Shown: positions 35,700-49,645 of the stretch, piece by piece | Position numbering within the stretch: position 1 is the first letter of the stretch | Layout: every line of letters starts with the position of its first letter | Assembly: GCA_028534125.1 (NCBI GenBank) | Contig: CM052816.1 | Span: 90,646,001-90,710,000 of the forward strand | Source: Lama glama | Taxonomy: Eukaryota | DNA length: 64,000 bases | Reading direction: 5' to 3' | Translations under genes and position numbers: made by a program | The notes under the pieces: generated by a model | Database searches by the model: none | What the model saw: the letters and a program-made list of their open reading frames with translations, nothing else | Told to the model about the DNA's origin: nothing

Positions 35700-35875
35700 C
35701 ACTCCTCACTAGCTGTGTGACGTTGGGCAGGTTACTTAACATCTCTCAGCATCAGTTTCCTCATCTGTAAAATGGGAATTCTGATACCTACGAACAAAGA
35801 TACAATGAGTTAATATATAGAAAGTACTTAGAAAAGTGCAGGGCACATAATGAACACTATGTGAGTGTTTACTAT
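35700..35875 (+). mobile_element. MIR SINE (representative; others at about 830-915, 5680-5840, 12540-12700, 19890-20066, 52240-52400, 53690-53900, 59090-59370, 63520-63700)
   Basis: MIR core ctagctgtgtgacgttgggcaggttacttaacatctctcagcatcagtttcctcatctgtaaaatggg. Confidence 0.85.
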
Positions 35876-36599
35876 TACTATTATTATTATTATTATTATT
35901 ACTATTATTGTCAAAGTCCATAAACCTTCCTTCTCTTTTTCTCCTCTGGCTGGGATGGGTGTGGGAGGACCCATCATGGACCACCTAAGCTCCAGCACTG
36001 ATTGCCCCTGTCTGTCCATGACTGTGTACTTAAGCAGCCCCGGGAGGAGATTTATTTGAGGGATCCCCACTGCCAACACCAGTCATCAACTCCTCTTTCA
36101 GTAGCCAACTGTGTTTTGGTCATTTCTAAACAGTCTGTTTCTGTCCTTCCTGCTCTGGCGTCTTGCAAGAACATCACCACCCTAAGCCAGCTCCTTCTAG
36201 TCATACCCCTGCATAATTTGCCACTGGAGTGTGGTACATCAAAGCACCACAAAACTTCTGTCTTCACTTTCTGCTTTAGATACATTAGCATCCCGACCCA
36301 ACCTGTGCCTGTGTCTTTTCCTTCATTCCTTCTGAATTAACGCAGCAATCTTGCATGTGTAAATTTCACACATTACAGTTTTCATCTTCTTTTTAGCCTT
36401 CTTCTCCATTCCTGTGATTCTTAAGAACAAAGAATAGGAAAACAGCTCAAAAATAATGCCATGATGTAGCACACTGTGCTCATTGTGCACCCTTTTGTGA
36501 ACAAGTTTCCTAAAGTTGTGCAGTCTGCCACCTGAACAACCTTATGCAGCAACTCTGCTGACATGATTTCTCACGGACTGTAATATGGTACATTGGAAG

Positions 36600-39100
36600 T
36601 ACAGTAGAGAGACTGCTCAACTCTGTTTGGGAAGATTCAGGGAAAGGTGCTCAAAACAAGCAGTCGTTGACCTGGACTTTGAGGCATAAGTAGGGATTCT
36701 CCATTCTTCCAAAGGTCTGGGGAGGGTGTTGTAGGTAGAAGTGTGTAAAAAGGCATCGAAAAGTAAAACAGTGCAACTCCCTAGTATTACAAGATTAGCA
36801 AGGACTGGGGAACATCTAGAGCAGAGGGGATAATGGGAGGCACAGCTGGAGGTGAAGCCGAAGATACAATCCTGTGGGGACCTGCATGCTACGCCAAAAC
36901 ATTTGAGAGTGTGAGCAGCCTGGGGGGAGGCAGTTACACAGGATCAGACTTGTGCCTCAGAAAGATCTCCATAGCAGTGTAAATGCCTGACGGGCTGGGC
37001 TGACCCGCTGGGCTGACCCGCGAGACCTTTTGGAAGCTCTCATCATAGTCCACGATCTACAGATGAGTATCAATACTGATTAATGCAGAGATTCCAAAAA
37101 CATGTAAGAGATCCAGTAGACAAGCCATATTGCCTAATTCAGATAGAGAGCAAAATGAAGGATATTAGGATAAACATCAGAACCCTAACCTTGGTAACTG
37201 AGTAAAGGATAGTACTTTTTACCAGTTCTGAAAGATTAGAGGAAAAGTAGTTCTGAAAGGATTGAAATAAGTTGAGTTAGAAGAACTCTTGAGGCATGCA
37301 GAAAAATATACCGAATGACCAGCTGGTATTCTGGGTCTGGAGTTCAAGAAAAAGATCTGTATTTGATTTCAACGTCATTAGAAAAGATGAAAGCTTGTGA
37401 AAATAAGAAGTAGAGATGGCTACTGTGGGTTGTTGTATGAACTTTGTGAAGGAAAATAAACAAAATGCAAGACTTTGTAAAGGAAAATAGACAAAATGCA
37501 AGATGGAGGAGGATATTTTTTCCTGCTGAAGCTTGAAAATATAAATGGATGCAAGAGACAAGAAATAGGCAAGAAGGAAGACTGAAATACGAGAACGATG
37601 GAATCACTGGGACCAGATCAGGGAAGGCACGTGATGAAGAGCACAGTTGAGAGGGTTCTTCTAGAACAGAGACCCTTCTGGAACTCCAAGCTCACTCAGG
37701 TGTAGGTTGGAAAATGAGGGCCCTCATATCTAGAAACTCGAGTTTCTCCAGAAAATAGGAAATCAGTCATTCATTAGTTGCCATTTTTTCAATAAAGATT
37801 TTCTGAGCAGCTGCTAAGTACCCTGGCACCACAAGCATAATCTTGGTTCTCTTAGAGCTTACAGTCTGATGGAGTGGCAGGCATTAATCCAAAATTCCAA
37901 CAAGTAAATGTAAAATCGCAAGTGTGGCACATGCTGTGAGGATTTGCATGGTGCAGTAAGAGTTCAAAGCAAAAGAAATTGACCTACTAAGGTATCAACA
38001 AAGCCATCTTTGCTAGGATAACGCAAGTAGGACGTGCCACTTGAGGAAGAGAGATGACTCCAATCCACAAGTTGGAGTAAACTAGAGAAAAAATAGAAGG
38101 AAATTTCAGCATCCACAAAAGTCCAGTGAAAGTGTTGGGTATTGGAAGAACCACAGTGAAAAGACAGGCAATGTGGCTAGAGCAGAAAAAGTGAGGTAGG
38201 ACATGAGGAAAGGTCAAGCTGGAGACAGAACAGGCAAGACCTTGTAGGACACATCAGGAAGGCAGTCCGCAAAGTCCTGGGAAGCCGTTGCGGAATTTTC
38301 AGAGGGGCTGGAGGCAGAGGGAACAAGATCACATTTGCGTTTCATGAAGTTGATGTTGGCTGTAGCCCAGAGAACAGAAGAGTCAGGAGAGGATAAAATG
38401 GACCCATTTCTGTAACCCTGGGAAGAAATGACTATAGCTCAAAACAGGTGGGCGTGGTGAAAACTGAGAGTTGATGTCAAGAGATATGTATGAAGTGAAA
38501 TTCCATAAGACAAGGTGACAGAGTGTTGAGGTTTTGGATTTCCAGTCGGTGCCAAAATGAGGTACACTGCAGATGGGCTGGATTTGGGGGAACAATCATG
38601 AGTTTACTTCTAGATGTACTGATTTTAATGTGTCTTTGAGACATTCAAGATAGACTGCCAGACAAAGGGGTCTGGATCCCAAAGGAGAAGTCTAATCTGT
38701 AGATATAAAGTGTTGGCATCACTAGAGTCACCTTGTTTATTGAAAGATTATAGAAGAAAGGCGAGGGCCCCAGACAGAATTCTGAGGAGCTCAGACATTC
38801 AGTGGATGCATAGAAGATGGTGAGACGGTGCAGAGAAAGCAGAACTGGCCAGAAAGATTAGAAGAAAATGAAGATAATTTTGTGGCATGAGAAATAAGAG
38901 ATGAGAACATTCTAGAAGATATCTAAGAATGTTGCTAGGAAGAAAGACGGGAGTAGAAATGTCCACTGAGTTGACACAGAATTTGGTCATGGAGCCAGAA
39001 ATTACATGGAGGCAGAGTGAGAAATGAGCGAAAGAAGAGGAAAAAGGAGGTAGTAAATAGGGACCATTTGACCAAGAAAGCTGGCTGAGTCAGCAGTGGA
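36600..39100 (-). mobile_element. Degraded L2 LINE fragments
   Basis: Long purine-rich tract with L2-type phrases (atgagtttacttctagatgtactga...gagacattcaag; cttggttctcttagagcttacagtct). Confidence 0.65.
37441..37502. repeat. 31-bp tandem duplication (two units, two mismatches)
   Basis: actttgtgaaggaaaataaacaaaatgcaag followed by actttgtaaaggaaaatagacaaaatgcaag. Confidence 0.9.
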
Positions 39101-40528
39101 GAACCAGAAGGATAAAGGCTGAGAAGATGCCTTGAGGAAAGAGGGAAAATTTAGCCGAGCCGCTGAGTGTTATTAAAGACAGGGCTGACCTAGAACAAGT
39201 AAATATAATGAACTGGGGAGACAGACTTCCATTAATTTGTGGTGGCACCAGTGTGCCTGGGTCGGCAATTCTTTCTTGCTATTATAGGCTGAACTTAGAT
39301 GGGAAATACCAAATTGTGGTTGCAAAAGAAAAAGAAAAAAGAAGAAGAAAACAACAGCAAGGAGACAATGAAGTTGAGAGGCTGGAGAGAAAGCAGCTCA
39401 AATTGTCCTTGGGACCCAGGATCCATATGGAAGGAATTGTGGTAGCAGGAAGCTGATCATTCAGCCAAGAATGAATGAGTCAAGGAATTAGGGACCTCAA
39501 TAGGGACAAGAGCCATGTTTAGGGGAAAGGCAGCATCAAGAGAGCTGAACTGGTAGATGAAGTGGTGCTCTCATCCTTATATCTATGCCCCCTTCTCTGG
39601 CTAGACTATTACTTGCTTTTGGTTCTGTACATTTCGGGCCAGAACATCAAGCAGTTAATGTCCACTAGAAGCAGGCCTCAGCCAAGGGCTGATGGGAATT
39701 GGTGAATCACTGCCCAGCTCCTTTTCCCTTCCTCCAGGTAGGATAACTCTGAGGGATGTTCTGCTTCCTTTTCCTCCTTGTCTCAGTCACCCCTCTCCCC
39801 TGCTGGGATTACCTCCCAATAAACTACTTTTACTGGAATCTGTCTTCAGGGTTTACTTCTTGGGAGATTCAAACCAAAACATTTAGGCTATTGCTGTTGG
39901 AGTTTTCAGAGGTGACACTGTTTGGCAGTAAAAAGGTACAGGGTGTGCTAGTGAAAGAGGGATGCTGAAATGTAGTTGGGGGTAAAGGCACTGATTCTGA
40001 GACCAAGAAGCCTTAGAGGTCACCATGTCCGGGGTTAGCCACATGGATGTCAAATCGACCCTATACGTAGATGGTGACCCAGAGAAGACCATGAACCAAG
40101 TACCAAGGTGTTCTATAATGTGGGAGAAAGATCAGAAGACCAGTAGATGACAGTGATCCACAGGGGTACAGGGTGGATTAGGTGGATGGCATGACCCAAA
40201 ACAAAGAGGATTTCTACCCGAGGGAAAAGGAGTAATAGCCAGGCACAGGAAAGGGGATTGAGGACAGTGTTGACACCCTCTTTCAGATAAAAGATACTAT
40301 AGACTATAGGAGAGAGAGCAGAACCCACTTATTCAAGTAAAATTGTCCCTATGGGAGGACAACAGATTAGTCTACAATGGGCTGAAGATATAAAGAAATT
40401 CTTTGCAACAGCAAAACCAGGAGGTTCCAGAAGCACAATTGAAAGGTTTTGGATGGAGGTCAACAGGAAGGTCCATAGAGAAGGGTATGCATTTGGGGGA
40501 GAAACATCAACCAGAGGTTGTGTATTTT

Positions 40529-40998
40529 TTGCTTGTTCATTTTGAACCTATAATTTATTTTTTTGTATTGAAGTATAGTTGATGTATAATATTATATAAA
40601 TTATAGGTGTAAGATAAAGTGATTCACAATTTTTAATGGTTATACTCCATTTATAGTTATTATAAAATGATGGCTCTATTTCCCATGTTGTACAATATAT
40701 CCTTGAACTTATCTTATACCCAACAGTTTGTACCTCACTCCACCACCCCATACCTCCCCCTTTCCTCTCCCCAGTGGTAATCACTAGTTTGTTCTCTATG
40801 TCTATGAGTTTGCTACTTTTTTTTGTTACATTCACTAGTTTGGTGTATTTTTTTAGATTCCACTTATAAATTATATCATACAGTATTTGTCTTTCTCTGT
40901 CTGACCTATGTCACTTAGCATAATGCCCTCCAAGTCCATCTATGTTGCTGCAAATGGCAACATTTACTTCTTTTTATGGCTGAGTAATATTCCATTGC

Positions 40999-41030
<32 letters not shown>

Positions 41031-41200
41031 CACATCTTCTTTATCCATTTGTCTACTGATGGACACTTAGGTTGCTTCCATAGCTTGGCTATGGTAAATA
41101 AGGCTACCGAGCACATTGGAGTGCATGTGTCTTTTCAAATTAGGGTTTTGGGGGTTTTTTTGGAAATATATCCAGGGGTGGAATTGCTGGGTCAAACAGT
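40529..41200 (-). mobile_element. 5'-truncated L1 3' end with TSD and a short 3'-transduced tag
   Basis: tattgaagtatagttgat...cacttagcataatgccctccaagtccatc...ggaattgctgggtca; perfect 15-bp TSD GAGGTTGTGTATTTT at 40514-40528 and 41201-41215. Confidence 0.9.
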
Positions 41201-41562
41201 GAGGTTGTGTATTTTGAGCAGTGCCCTGGAGTGAAACTCTCCAACCATCTTCTAAGGCAGCACCTGGGAACCTGAGGCCCATGGTCACATGACCCGTGTG
41301 TGGTGGAACTGGAGACACTGAACCAGGCAGTCTGGCTCTAGAGGCCGGGCTGTCTCTAGCCACTATTCCTTGCTTGCCCTGAGTTTCAGGGCTCCAAAGA
41401 CTCCCTCAAAGGCAGGAGCAGGAATTTATGCTTACATCATGCAATACTTTAAAACAGATGGTGCACAATACGTAATTGTGTGGAAATATGCAAAATAATG
41501 AAACAGTCAAATACAACCAGCCCATTTTCAGGTACATGGTCTTTATCTCCTCCTCCTCCTCC

Positions 41563-42800
41563 TTTTTTTTAAAAACTGAAGTATAGTTGATTTACAATGT
41601 TGTGTTAGTTCCTAGTATACAGCACAATGATTCATTTTATATATATGTATTCTTTTTCGTATTTCTTTTCATTATAGGTTATTACAAGCTTTTGAATATA
41701 GTTCCCTGTGCTATACAGTAGGACCTTGTTGTTTATCTATTCTATATGTAGTAGTTTATATCTGTTAATCCCAAACTCCTAATTTATCCCTCTCCCCATT
41801 TCTCTTTGGTAACCTAAGCTTGTTTTCTATCTCTGTCTTTTTGTTTTGTAAATAAGTTCATTTGCATTATTTTTTTAGATTCCACAGATAAATGATGTCA
41901 TAAGATATTTGTCTTTCTCTGTCTGACTTACTTCACTTAGTATGATAAACTCTAAGTCCATCCATGTTGCTACAAATGGCATTATTTCATTCTTTTTTAT
42001 GACTGAGTAATGCACAGTAATGACTGTGGTATATATATGTGTGTATATATATATACACACATATATATACACACACACACACACACCCCCCACAACTTCT
42101 TTATCCAGTCATCTGTCGATGGACATTCAGGTTGTTTCCATGTCTTGGCTATTGTAAATAATGCCGCTATTTTGTCTTTTTAAATAATAGTTTTCTCCAG
42201 ATACATGCCCGGGAGTGGGAGTGCTGGATCTTAGGGTAAGTCTATGTTTAGTTTTTTAAGGAACCTACATACTGTTCTCCATAGTGACTGCACCAAATTA
42301 CATCCCCACCAGCAGTGCAGGAGGGTCCCTTTTCTCCACAGCCTCTCCAGGATTTTTCATTTGTGGACTTTTGAATGATCACCATTCTGACTGGTGTGAG
42401 GTGAGATCTCATTGTAGTTTTGCATTTCTCTGATAATTAGCAATATTGAGCGTCTTTTCCTGTGCCTGTTGGCCATCTGCATGCCTTCATTGGAGAACTG
42501 TCCCTTTAGGTCTTCTGCCCATTTTGGATGGGGTTGTTTGTTGCTTTGTTGTTGTTGTTGTTGACACTGAGTTGATTGAGCTGTTTGTATATTCCGGAGG
42601 TTAAGCCCTTGCCGTTTGCAAATATTTTCTCCCCGTTCCGTAGGTTGTCTTTTCATTTTGTTTATGGTTTTTTTTTTTACTGTGCATTAGCATAAAAGTT
42701 TAATTAGGTCTCATTTGTTTATTTTTGCTTTTATTTCTATTGCCTGGGTAGACTGACCTAGGAAAACATTGCTACCATTTACATCAGAGAATGTTTTGCC
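41563..42800 (-). mobile_element. 5'-truncated L1 (ORF2 C-terminus plus 3' UTR), cetartiodactyl type
   Basis: Minus-strand peptides MKRQPTE...KWAEDL...MQMANRH and IKKNEIMPFVATWMDLEFIILSEVSQTEKDKY; T-rich tail at the left end. Confidence 0.93.
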
Positions 42801-44488
42801 TTTCTTCTCATTCCTTTTAAATTCAGACTTCCTTACCACCACCTCTACCCTATCAAAGTAAATAGAATTTAGCATCCAAAAGGCTGACGTTAAAAGGATT
42901 ATTACTATCTTTCCAGGGCTTGTTTCAAAAAGGAGTCTGCTGTGCAGCCAGCCACTCCTGTGTTGGGTTCAGTCCATGTTCCTTGATACATCACAGAAGT
43001 CAGTGTAGAACATTTTAATCTAATAATCTCCTGCATGGGAGGAAGCAAGACTCTTGGAGAGATGGGATGAGTCCCATGGTGGGCCCGGCAGTGTTTAGGA
43101 CAGACATTCCCTTGCCTCCCCAGGAATGAAAGCTCATGCCCCCAGCTTCTGTCTGGGCCCAGACTCCCAATGTGTGGCCCCCACAAGGACTGCCACGGCT
43201 AAAAGGAGATTCTTCACTCAGGGTGACATCCCCTTCTTGCAATACCCGCATCCAGTGACTGATTCACGAGAGTTATAAAGGCCGAGACCCTTGCCCCAAG
43301 ATGTGTCAACTCTGAGGGCCACCTTGTTTTGTTTTCAGAGCTCCTGGAGGGATGGGTCAGCGCCTTAGTCAGGCTGCATCCCAGCTCAGCTTCCCTCACT
43401 TAATCCTGTGTCCTCCCTCCCTTTTGTACAGGTGTCCATGTCAAAAACTCCCCCGAATAAACACCCTTCAGGTAATCTCCATCACTGAGTTCCGAGGAGC
43501 CACAAATGATATGGCTCCTGAAAAAGTAAAACTTCAAGAAGTCTGATTTGATTCTGCAAAACTGGTTGATAGAAAATATAATGCCATTTGCTAGGTATTC
43601 AAAGGGGGAGGGGAAAAGGCCTGTACTCTCTCCCAAGGACTTGGAATTGAACTCCCATCTCACATTTTCTCAGAAGAAGAAATAATCTGAAGACTCGAGA
43701 TACAGTATGATTAGAATTCATCAGACTCAGATTTTAGCCTCCATCCTGACTTTTGCGGGGATAAACAGCTTCATCGTCTTGGGTCTCAATGTGCTCATAT
43801 AATTAGATGATTCCTTAGGTACCTGGTCCCACTAACAGGATAACACCGGCTGCCATTGTTTGAAAATATATCATATTCTGACATCCTGAAATTCTAAGAC
43901 ATGATTCATCGCTTCTCAGAAGGTTAAAACATCATCTCAAACAGAACTATTTTGTTGGGGAATATAAAGACATGTTCTAAACCATAAAATTTAGACCCTT
44001 AAAACCTTTTTCACCTCAAGCTACCTTCAAATATAAATACAGGTTGTCTCTAATTTTTAAACAAGTTGTGCTATAAAACTTTGTAATTCAAAATCCATTT
44101 CCCCCATGGAACCAAGAGTATAAGTGAAGGTTAGTTCTGTTCAGTAAAAATATTTCTGTATGCCAATCACATGTCAGACCCCAGGCACAAAGAGGTTGCA
44201 GTGGGAAATTTCCCAAGTCAGAGCACAGAAGCCTATTCAATTTGTAAAGGATTCTAGAGACTTCTAGCCATCACTTGTAATAATTTTTTTTTTACTAAGG
44301 AAAAGTCATCTTCTTAGTCAGAACTTTGGAAATCAGAAACTCATTTCTCTTCCACCCTTGTAGTGAATAGGGAAGGTCAGTAGATGCTTCCAGAAAGCCG
44401 AAACTTGCTTAATAGAAAACGCAGCCCAACATGTTTATTACCACACAAGATTAAAAAGGACAGCTGAAAATTGTGTTTCCAACTTCAG

Positions 44489-45366
44489 TGATGGGTTTGG
44501 GGTTGTCTTCTCATATCACCACGATATCACCAAGCAATCTTCAAACACCAGCTGGCTGTCCAGCAATTCAACTCAATTCTGACACTCTCCATCAGGAGAC
44601 ACTGTCAGATCCCACAGGTTAAGGGCTCAGTCCCACAGGACTGCCCCCACTTCAGGCACCAAAAGCAAGTCCAGATCATCACCGGGGCTTCTGATTGACC
44701 AGCTGTAGATCAGAGGTTCCAACAACCCCCTCCTCGCGTTCAATTAATTTGGTAGTGCAGCTTACAGAACTCAGAGACACATTTTACTTACTAGATCGTC
44801 GGTTTACTATAAAAGGATACAATTCAGGAACAACCAGATGGAAGAGATGCACGGGACAAAACAAGGGGAAAGGACTCAGAGCTTCCATGATGTCTCAACA
44901 ACTCAGAAGCTCTCTGAGCCCCATCTTTTTGGATTTTTATGGAGCCTTCTTTATAGGCATGATTGATCAAATCATTGGCCATTGATGATGGATTCAACAT
45001 CTAGTCCTTCTGCCCTCCTCAGAAATCAGGGTGGGAGAGAAAGTTCCAACCCATTATTCATGGTTAGTTTTTCTGGCAACCAGCCCCCATCCTTATGTGC
45101 TCTCCAAAACTTACCTTATTAACGTAAACCCAGTTGTGCTGGAAAGGGGCTTATTATGAATAATAAGACACCCATGTTACCCTTATGGCACTGAAATGAT
45201 TTCACAAACTGAGGGAAAGAGGCCAAATAGGATGACAAAAGATACTTTCTTTGCTCCTATCACTCAGGAAATTCCAAGGGTTTTGGGAGCTATGAACCAG
45301 GAACCCTGGATGAAGACCAAATATACATAAGAAATGTATTTCTTCTTATAAATCACAGTATCAGCA
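44489..45366 (-). mobile_element. MER21-like LTR
   Basis: caattcaactcaattctgacact...cagatcccacaggttaagggctcagtcccacaggactgcccc...ggaaattccaagggttttgggagc...aaatcacagtatca. Confidence 0.8.
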
Positions 45367-45549
45367 GAAACATAAGAGTATTTTCCAAGTTATCATCAAC
45401 AGATGCTTCCAAGGGGTCCGCAGTTGTATGTTTGGGTAACAGTAAGTTTTAACAGGTGTACTTGCTGGAGAACTCATCAAGTGCCTCCATGTATTCTCTT
45501 TTATATCTCTAAAAGGTGAAAACTGTAGGAAGCCATTTCTCGAGTTTTT

Positions 45550-45657
45550 TGGTTTGGTTTTGTTTTCTTTTATTTTTAAATGGAGGCACTGAGGATTGAA
45601 CCCAGGACCGCATGCATGGTAAGCACACACTCTACCACTGAGCTATACCCTATCCCC
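45550..45657 (-). mobile_element. tRNA-derived SINE, Vic-1-like (short form)
   Basis: gaggattgaacccagg...ctctaccactgagctatacccta with a T-rich tail; degenerate TSD tttct(cg/aa)agtttttt. Confidence 0.85.
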
Positions 45658-45717
45658 AGTTTCTAAAGTTTTTTGACTACAGAGCCATTCTGTGCTCAGT
45701 ATTTCTCTCAGAGCTGA

Positions 45718-45830
45718 GAGTGGGCTAGCTCTCTTGATTTCCCCAGGACTGGGGGCCATTCCTAGGCTGCATGAACTTTCAGGACTGAAACTGGGACAGT
45801 TCTGGAAAAACCAGGACAGCTGGTCCCCCA
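45718..45830. mobile_element. MER94-like hAT-Blackjack element
   Basis: actttcaggactgaaactgggacagttctggaaaaaccaggacagctggtcccc. Confidence 0.6.
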
Positions 45831-48399
45831 GCCTAAAGAAGCCCTACACACAGCCTGGAGGATATTGCTCAAGGTCAGTAACTTTGGGGAGCTTGGGATC
45901 AAGAAAAAAAGGGTTGTTGCCCCCATGAAGGCAGAAGGGCTGGAACCTGCTACTCCATCCCTGCGACCCCGCTTCTACCGCCAGTTCCTCTGTATGAGCT
46001 GATCTCAGTCAAGTGTCCAGACCTTAAACTAGACAGTAGTGGGCCTGGAATTGCCCTGTGTTGTAATACTGAGGAGTCTACGTAAGAAGGAAATCCATGC
46101 TCTATCTCCAGATAAACTGAAGCTTAAGAAATCTGTGACCCACCCAAAGTTCTGAAAGAAGAATGCTAGAGTCAGAAACCAGTGTTAAATGAGGAGAAGC
46201 TCTGATTTCCCCAGTTCACTTCCACCTGCTATGACGATTGAAATAGCTAGAAGAAAACAAAAGGCCAAGGTAGGTCACAATTCTGTCTCAACCAGCTCGA
46301 GGAGGTGCGAGCCCTACACCCCTGCTTAGCTTGTTCTAAAGAACATCTCCCTATAAATTGGAACAACTGGACAGTTGAACCCGAAAGAGATTCCACGGCG
46401 GGCCCCCACATTCATGTACCTTTCATGCTATCATGTCTGGAACGTCATTTGAATACATTTGCAGCAAGAGCATCCTTAGATTGTAGCTTGCATCCTCCAG
46501 CAGGGGCTTCCTAACTGTGTGTGGATTTTGTGAATCGCAGGCCAGCAGGGCTCTCCCTGGCGTCTGTGGGTGCGTGCACGCCCGCCCCGTCCCAGAGGGA
46601 ACTCGGGCTCTGTGTACGGACAGCAAAGACCGCAATTTACATTCAGGACCCAGGACAAAGCCCTCCACACGGTAGGCGCGCAATAAACGTTTTCCCAAAT
46701 GAATGCAGCTGCATACTTCATTCTGGGGCTCTCGTAGCTGTTTATATGACCACGTGACCAGCTACCTAAAACAGACTAAAACGGGGGAAGCACAGACAGA
46801 TCCAAAAAGGGTGCTGGATCATTGGATCCTGTGTTCCCTGTTTGTGGCCAAAACAGAAGTCCTTTAGTTGCTGTGGGGATCCCAGGATCCCAGAGACACT
46901 CTTTGTGAAAAATCCCCCCAAAGGAGCAATTACACCAGCACCCCTAACAGCCTCCCACTTCACTTTTTGCAGAAGCCTGCATCCTAAATTCACCTTGTTT
47001 GTTTTTCAAAACCTTGAAATAGAGGATGCCATCACCCACAGCAGTTTCCCACAGAGATCTGTGTCATGCCTGGGTCATAGGTCAGAGAGGAGGCCCTTGA
47101 CTCGGGGCTCCCGGGGCTCTCTCCCAAAGAAGGGTGGTGTCACTCTAAGTGATGAATTTGGGGGGAAAACGTTTGCTGGAGGAAGTGTGTTGCACAATCG
47201 TTAGGTCAGGATGCAGAATCTATCACAAGCATTCCATCGTCTGCTTATTTTAATGCCTCTAAACAGTGAGAAGTTAAAATTTGGGGTAACAAGGCGTGCT
47301 CATTACTTTGAATAAGTAGTGTTTTACACAGGCTGACCAAGGGCTTTTGGCAAGCAGCCAGTAGCCGAAAAGACATAAACACAAGTAGACTGAGAATAAT
47401 TTTCATTTTATTTCCACTCGGATGTATAACTAACTATTTCCACTGATGTTTGTTATTCTCAAGAGGCATCTATAAAGCCATAGAGTTCCACGGGGGTTAC
47501 GTTTAGTGAGAAGTCATTAGTCATGACTCAGCTGGTCAGAAGAGTAAGACAACTTAAAATAAGGGTCAGAATAACATTTACCAAAAGAGCAAAAATGAGG
47601 AAAAAAGAGCATCTCATAATCCGACAGGTTACTTTTAATGACTTTATTGACTCTCTAATTCGCTGTGAGATTTTGCTCAGTTCTCTTGTTAAAGGGTCAG
47701 CATGAAAGAGTGTTTTTTTCAATGGGAGACTCTGGGATATTTATTAAAAGGTCACACACACACAGAGCGATTGCTGTCCTCCCATTAACATGCAGTAGAT
47801 TGGCACAAGTATCTCATGTGTTTCTTGTGAAACTGGCTTTTCGGCTGGCTTTTCAAAATACGTCTCAGTCCAGGTTGTTCTATGACAGGGAGAGTAACGC
47901 TGTCCATGTGGAAATATTCTCTACGCCGGCCAAAATAAATCATTTTAAAATTCCAAAGAAGAGGGTGACATATTTTTCATCTTTGCCTCCAGGTTTGATG
48001 AAAATTAAAAGCAGACTTTATGAGGAGATACTACAGTTTCCTAACGAGGGCAAAAGCATTTACAGTGACAACAGACCCTTGGGAAGTTCTTGCACTTTGT
48101 GAAACAATGGTTAGGGTGGAATTTATCTTTCTGCACTTCACGTGTTTAAAAACAGCTGTTTTCTGTTTGGGGGTTTTATTTTTGAAAGAAACTTACCCCC
48201 CCCAAATTTCTTGCCAGTCATAATGGCTTTTGTCCATGCCATTTGGGAAATGCAATTGTGATTTTCCGATTTATCCATTTATTACAAATATCATAAAACA
48301 AATGAGGCACTTATGCCCAACATTACTGCTGTCTGGTGGAAAAATGACTCTAACTTTCATATTCTGGCATAGGGACCAATCCCCTAAAATACTCCTTTT

Positions 48400-48556
48400 G
48401 TAGGGGAGGGTACAGCTCAAGTGGTAGAGCACATGTTTAGGATATATGAGCTCCTTGGCTCAAGCCCCAGTACCTCCTCCAAAGCTAAAAATAAATAAAT
48501 AACCCTAATTACCTCCCTCCCTCACCCCCCCAAAAAAATTTAAAAATAAAATAAAA
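48400..48556 (+). mobile_element. tRNA-derived SINE, Vic-1-like (long form)
   Basis: ggggagggtacagctcaagtggtagagc head; perfect 15-bp TSD TAAAATACTCCTTTT at 48385-48399 and 48557-48571. Confidence 0.88.
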
Positions 48557-49094
48557 TAAAATACTCCTTTTAATTACTGTCCAAAAACACAGAAAATGTT
48601 TAGAATGATTTCTCTTTAGCTGAATGAGAGAGAATTACCTTTCATTTTAAATTACTTAACCATGTCTGCAGTCATGTGTTTGAACAGGTAGTAGATGAGG
48701 CTATGGGCTAAAGTCTATTTCTTCTTTCTTGAGACTTTGAGCTTTTCTCTGCCTTTAGAGCTGATTTTCATTAAGACACTTCAAGAAACCAGATGTCACA
48801 ATGTTTCGTTAAGGGTTGGAAAATTTCAAGGGTTTGTTTTTGTAGTTGCTTTGCTTTGGACCCTGAAAAATACAAGCCTTTGTGACACTCGATGTGGTTC
48901 CTAAGAAAAATGCAGCAAAACAACAACAAAGCTTGCCCCACCCGTGAGGTTTGAGTTACAATATTTAAAAAAAAAAAAATCAAAGACTTCAAGTTCAAAT
49001 TAGAAAGCAAATAACTCATATACACGTGATTGCATTAAAAAGAAGTTTAATTGAATTAGGCAAACTAAAGAGACATCAATTAAGATGGTGATCT

Positions 49095-49645
49095 GTCCTC
49101 AGTCAAACGTTTGCTGCAGAGCAAATTATCTCAAAATGGAGTGCCATCTAAGCCCAGTTCTTTATTTAGTTCACAAGGACATGGGTCAGTAATTTGGTTT
49201 GGGCTCAGCTGGGTGATTCTTCTGTGTTCTCTGCTACAGTCACACATGTATCTGTGATCAGCTGTTGGTTTGAGGTTGGTGGGTGGGTCCTCTGGAGGCT
49301 GGCTCTCCCCCGCTCGCCTCATTCACATGTCTGGCAGTTGGCTGGTTTTTGACTGGGGCACCATGGTTGTCTTCCACGTGGCATCTCATCTTGCAGGCGG
49401 TTAGCTCCGGCTGGCATAGGAAGAGAGAGCGCGCAAAAGTTGCAAGGCCTCTTGAGTCTTAGGATCAGAACTGACACAGATTATTTCCACCGCATGCTGT
49501 TGATCAAAGAAAGTCACAAGTTCAGCTCAGACTCAAGAGATGGAGAAACAGACTTCCCCTCTTGATGGGAGGATACACGTTCACACAGCAAGGGCACAGA
49601 TGCAGGGAGGGACAGAATTTGTGGCCATTTTTACACTCCACCACA
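49095..49645 (-). mobile_element. MLT1 (F/H-like) LTR
   Basis: tttattagttcac...gggctcagctggg...cattcacatgtctggcagttggctg...cccctcttgatgggagga. Confidence 0.75.
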
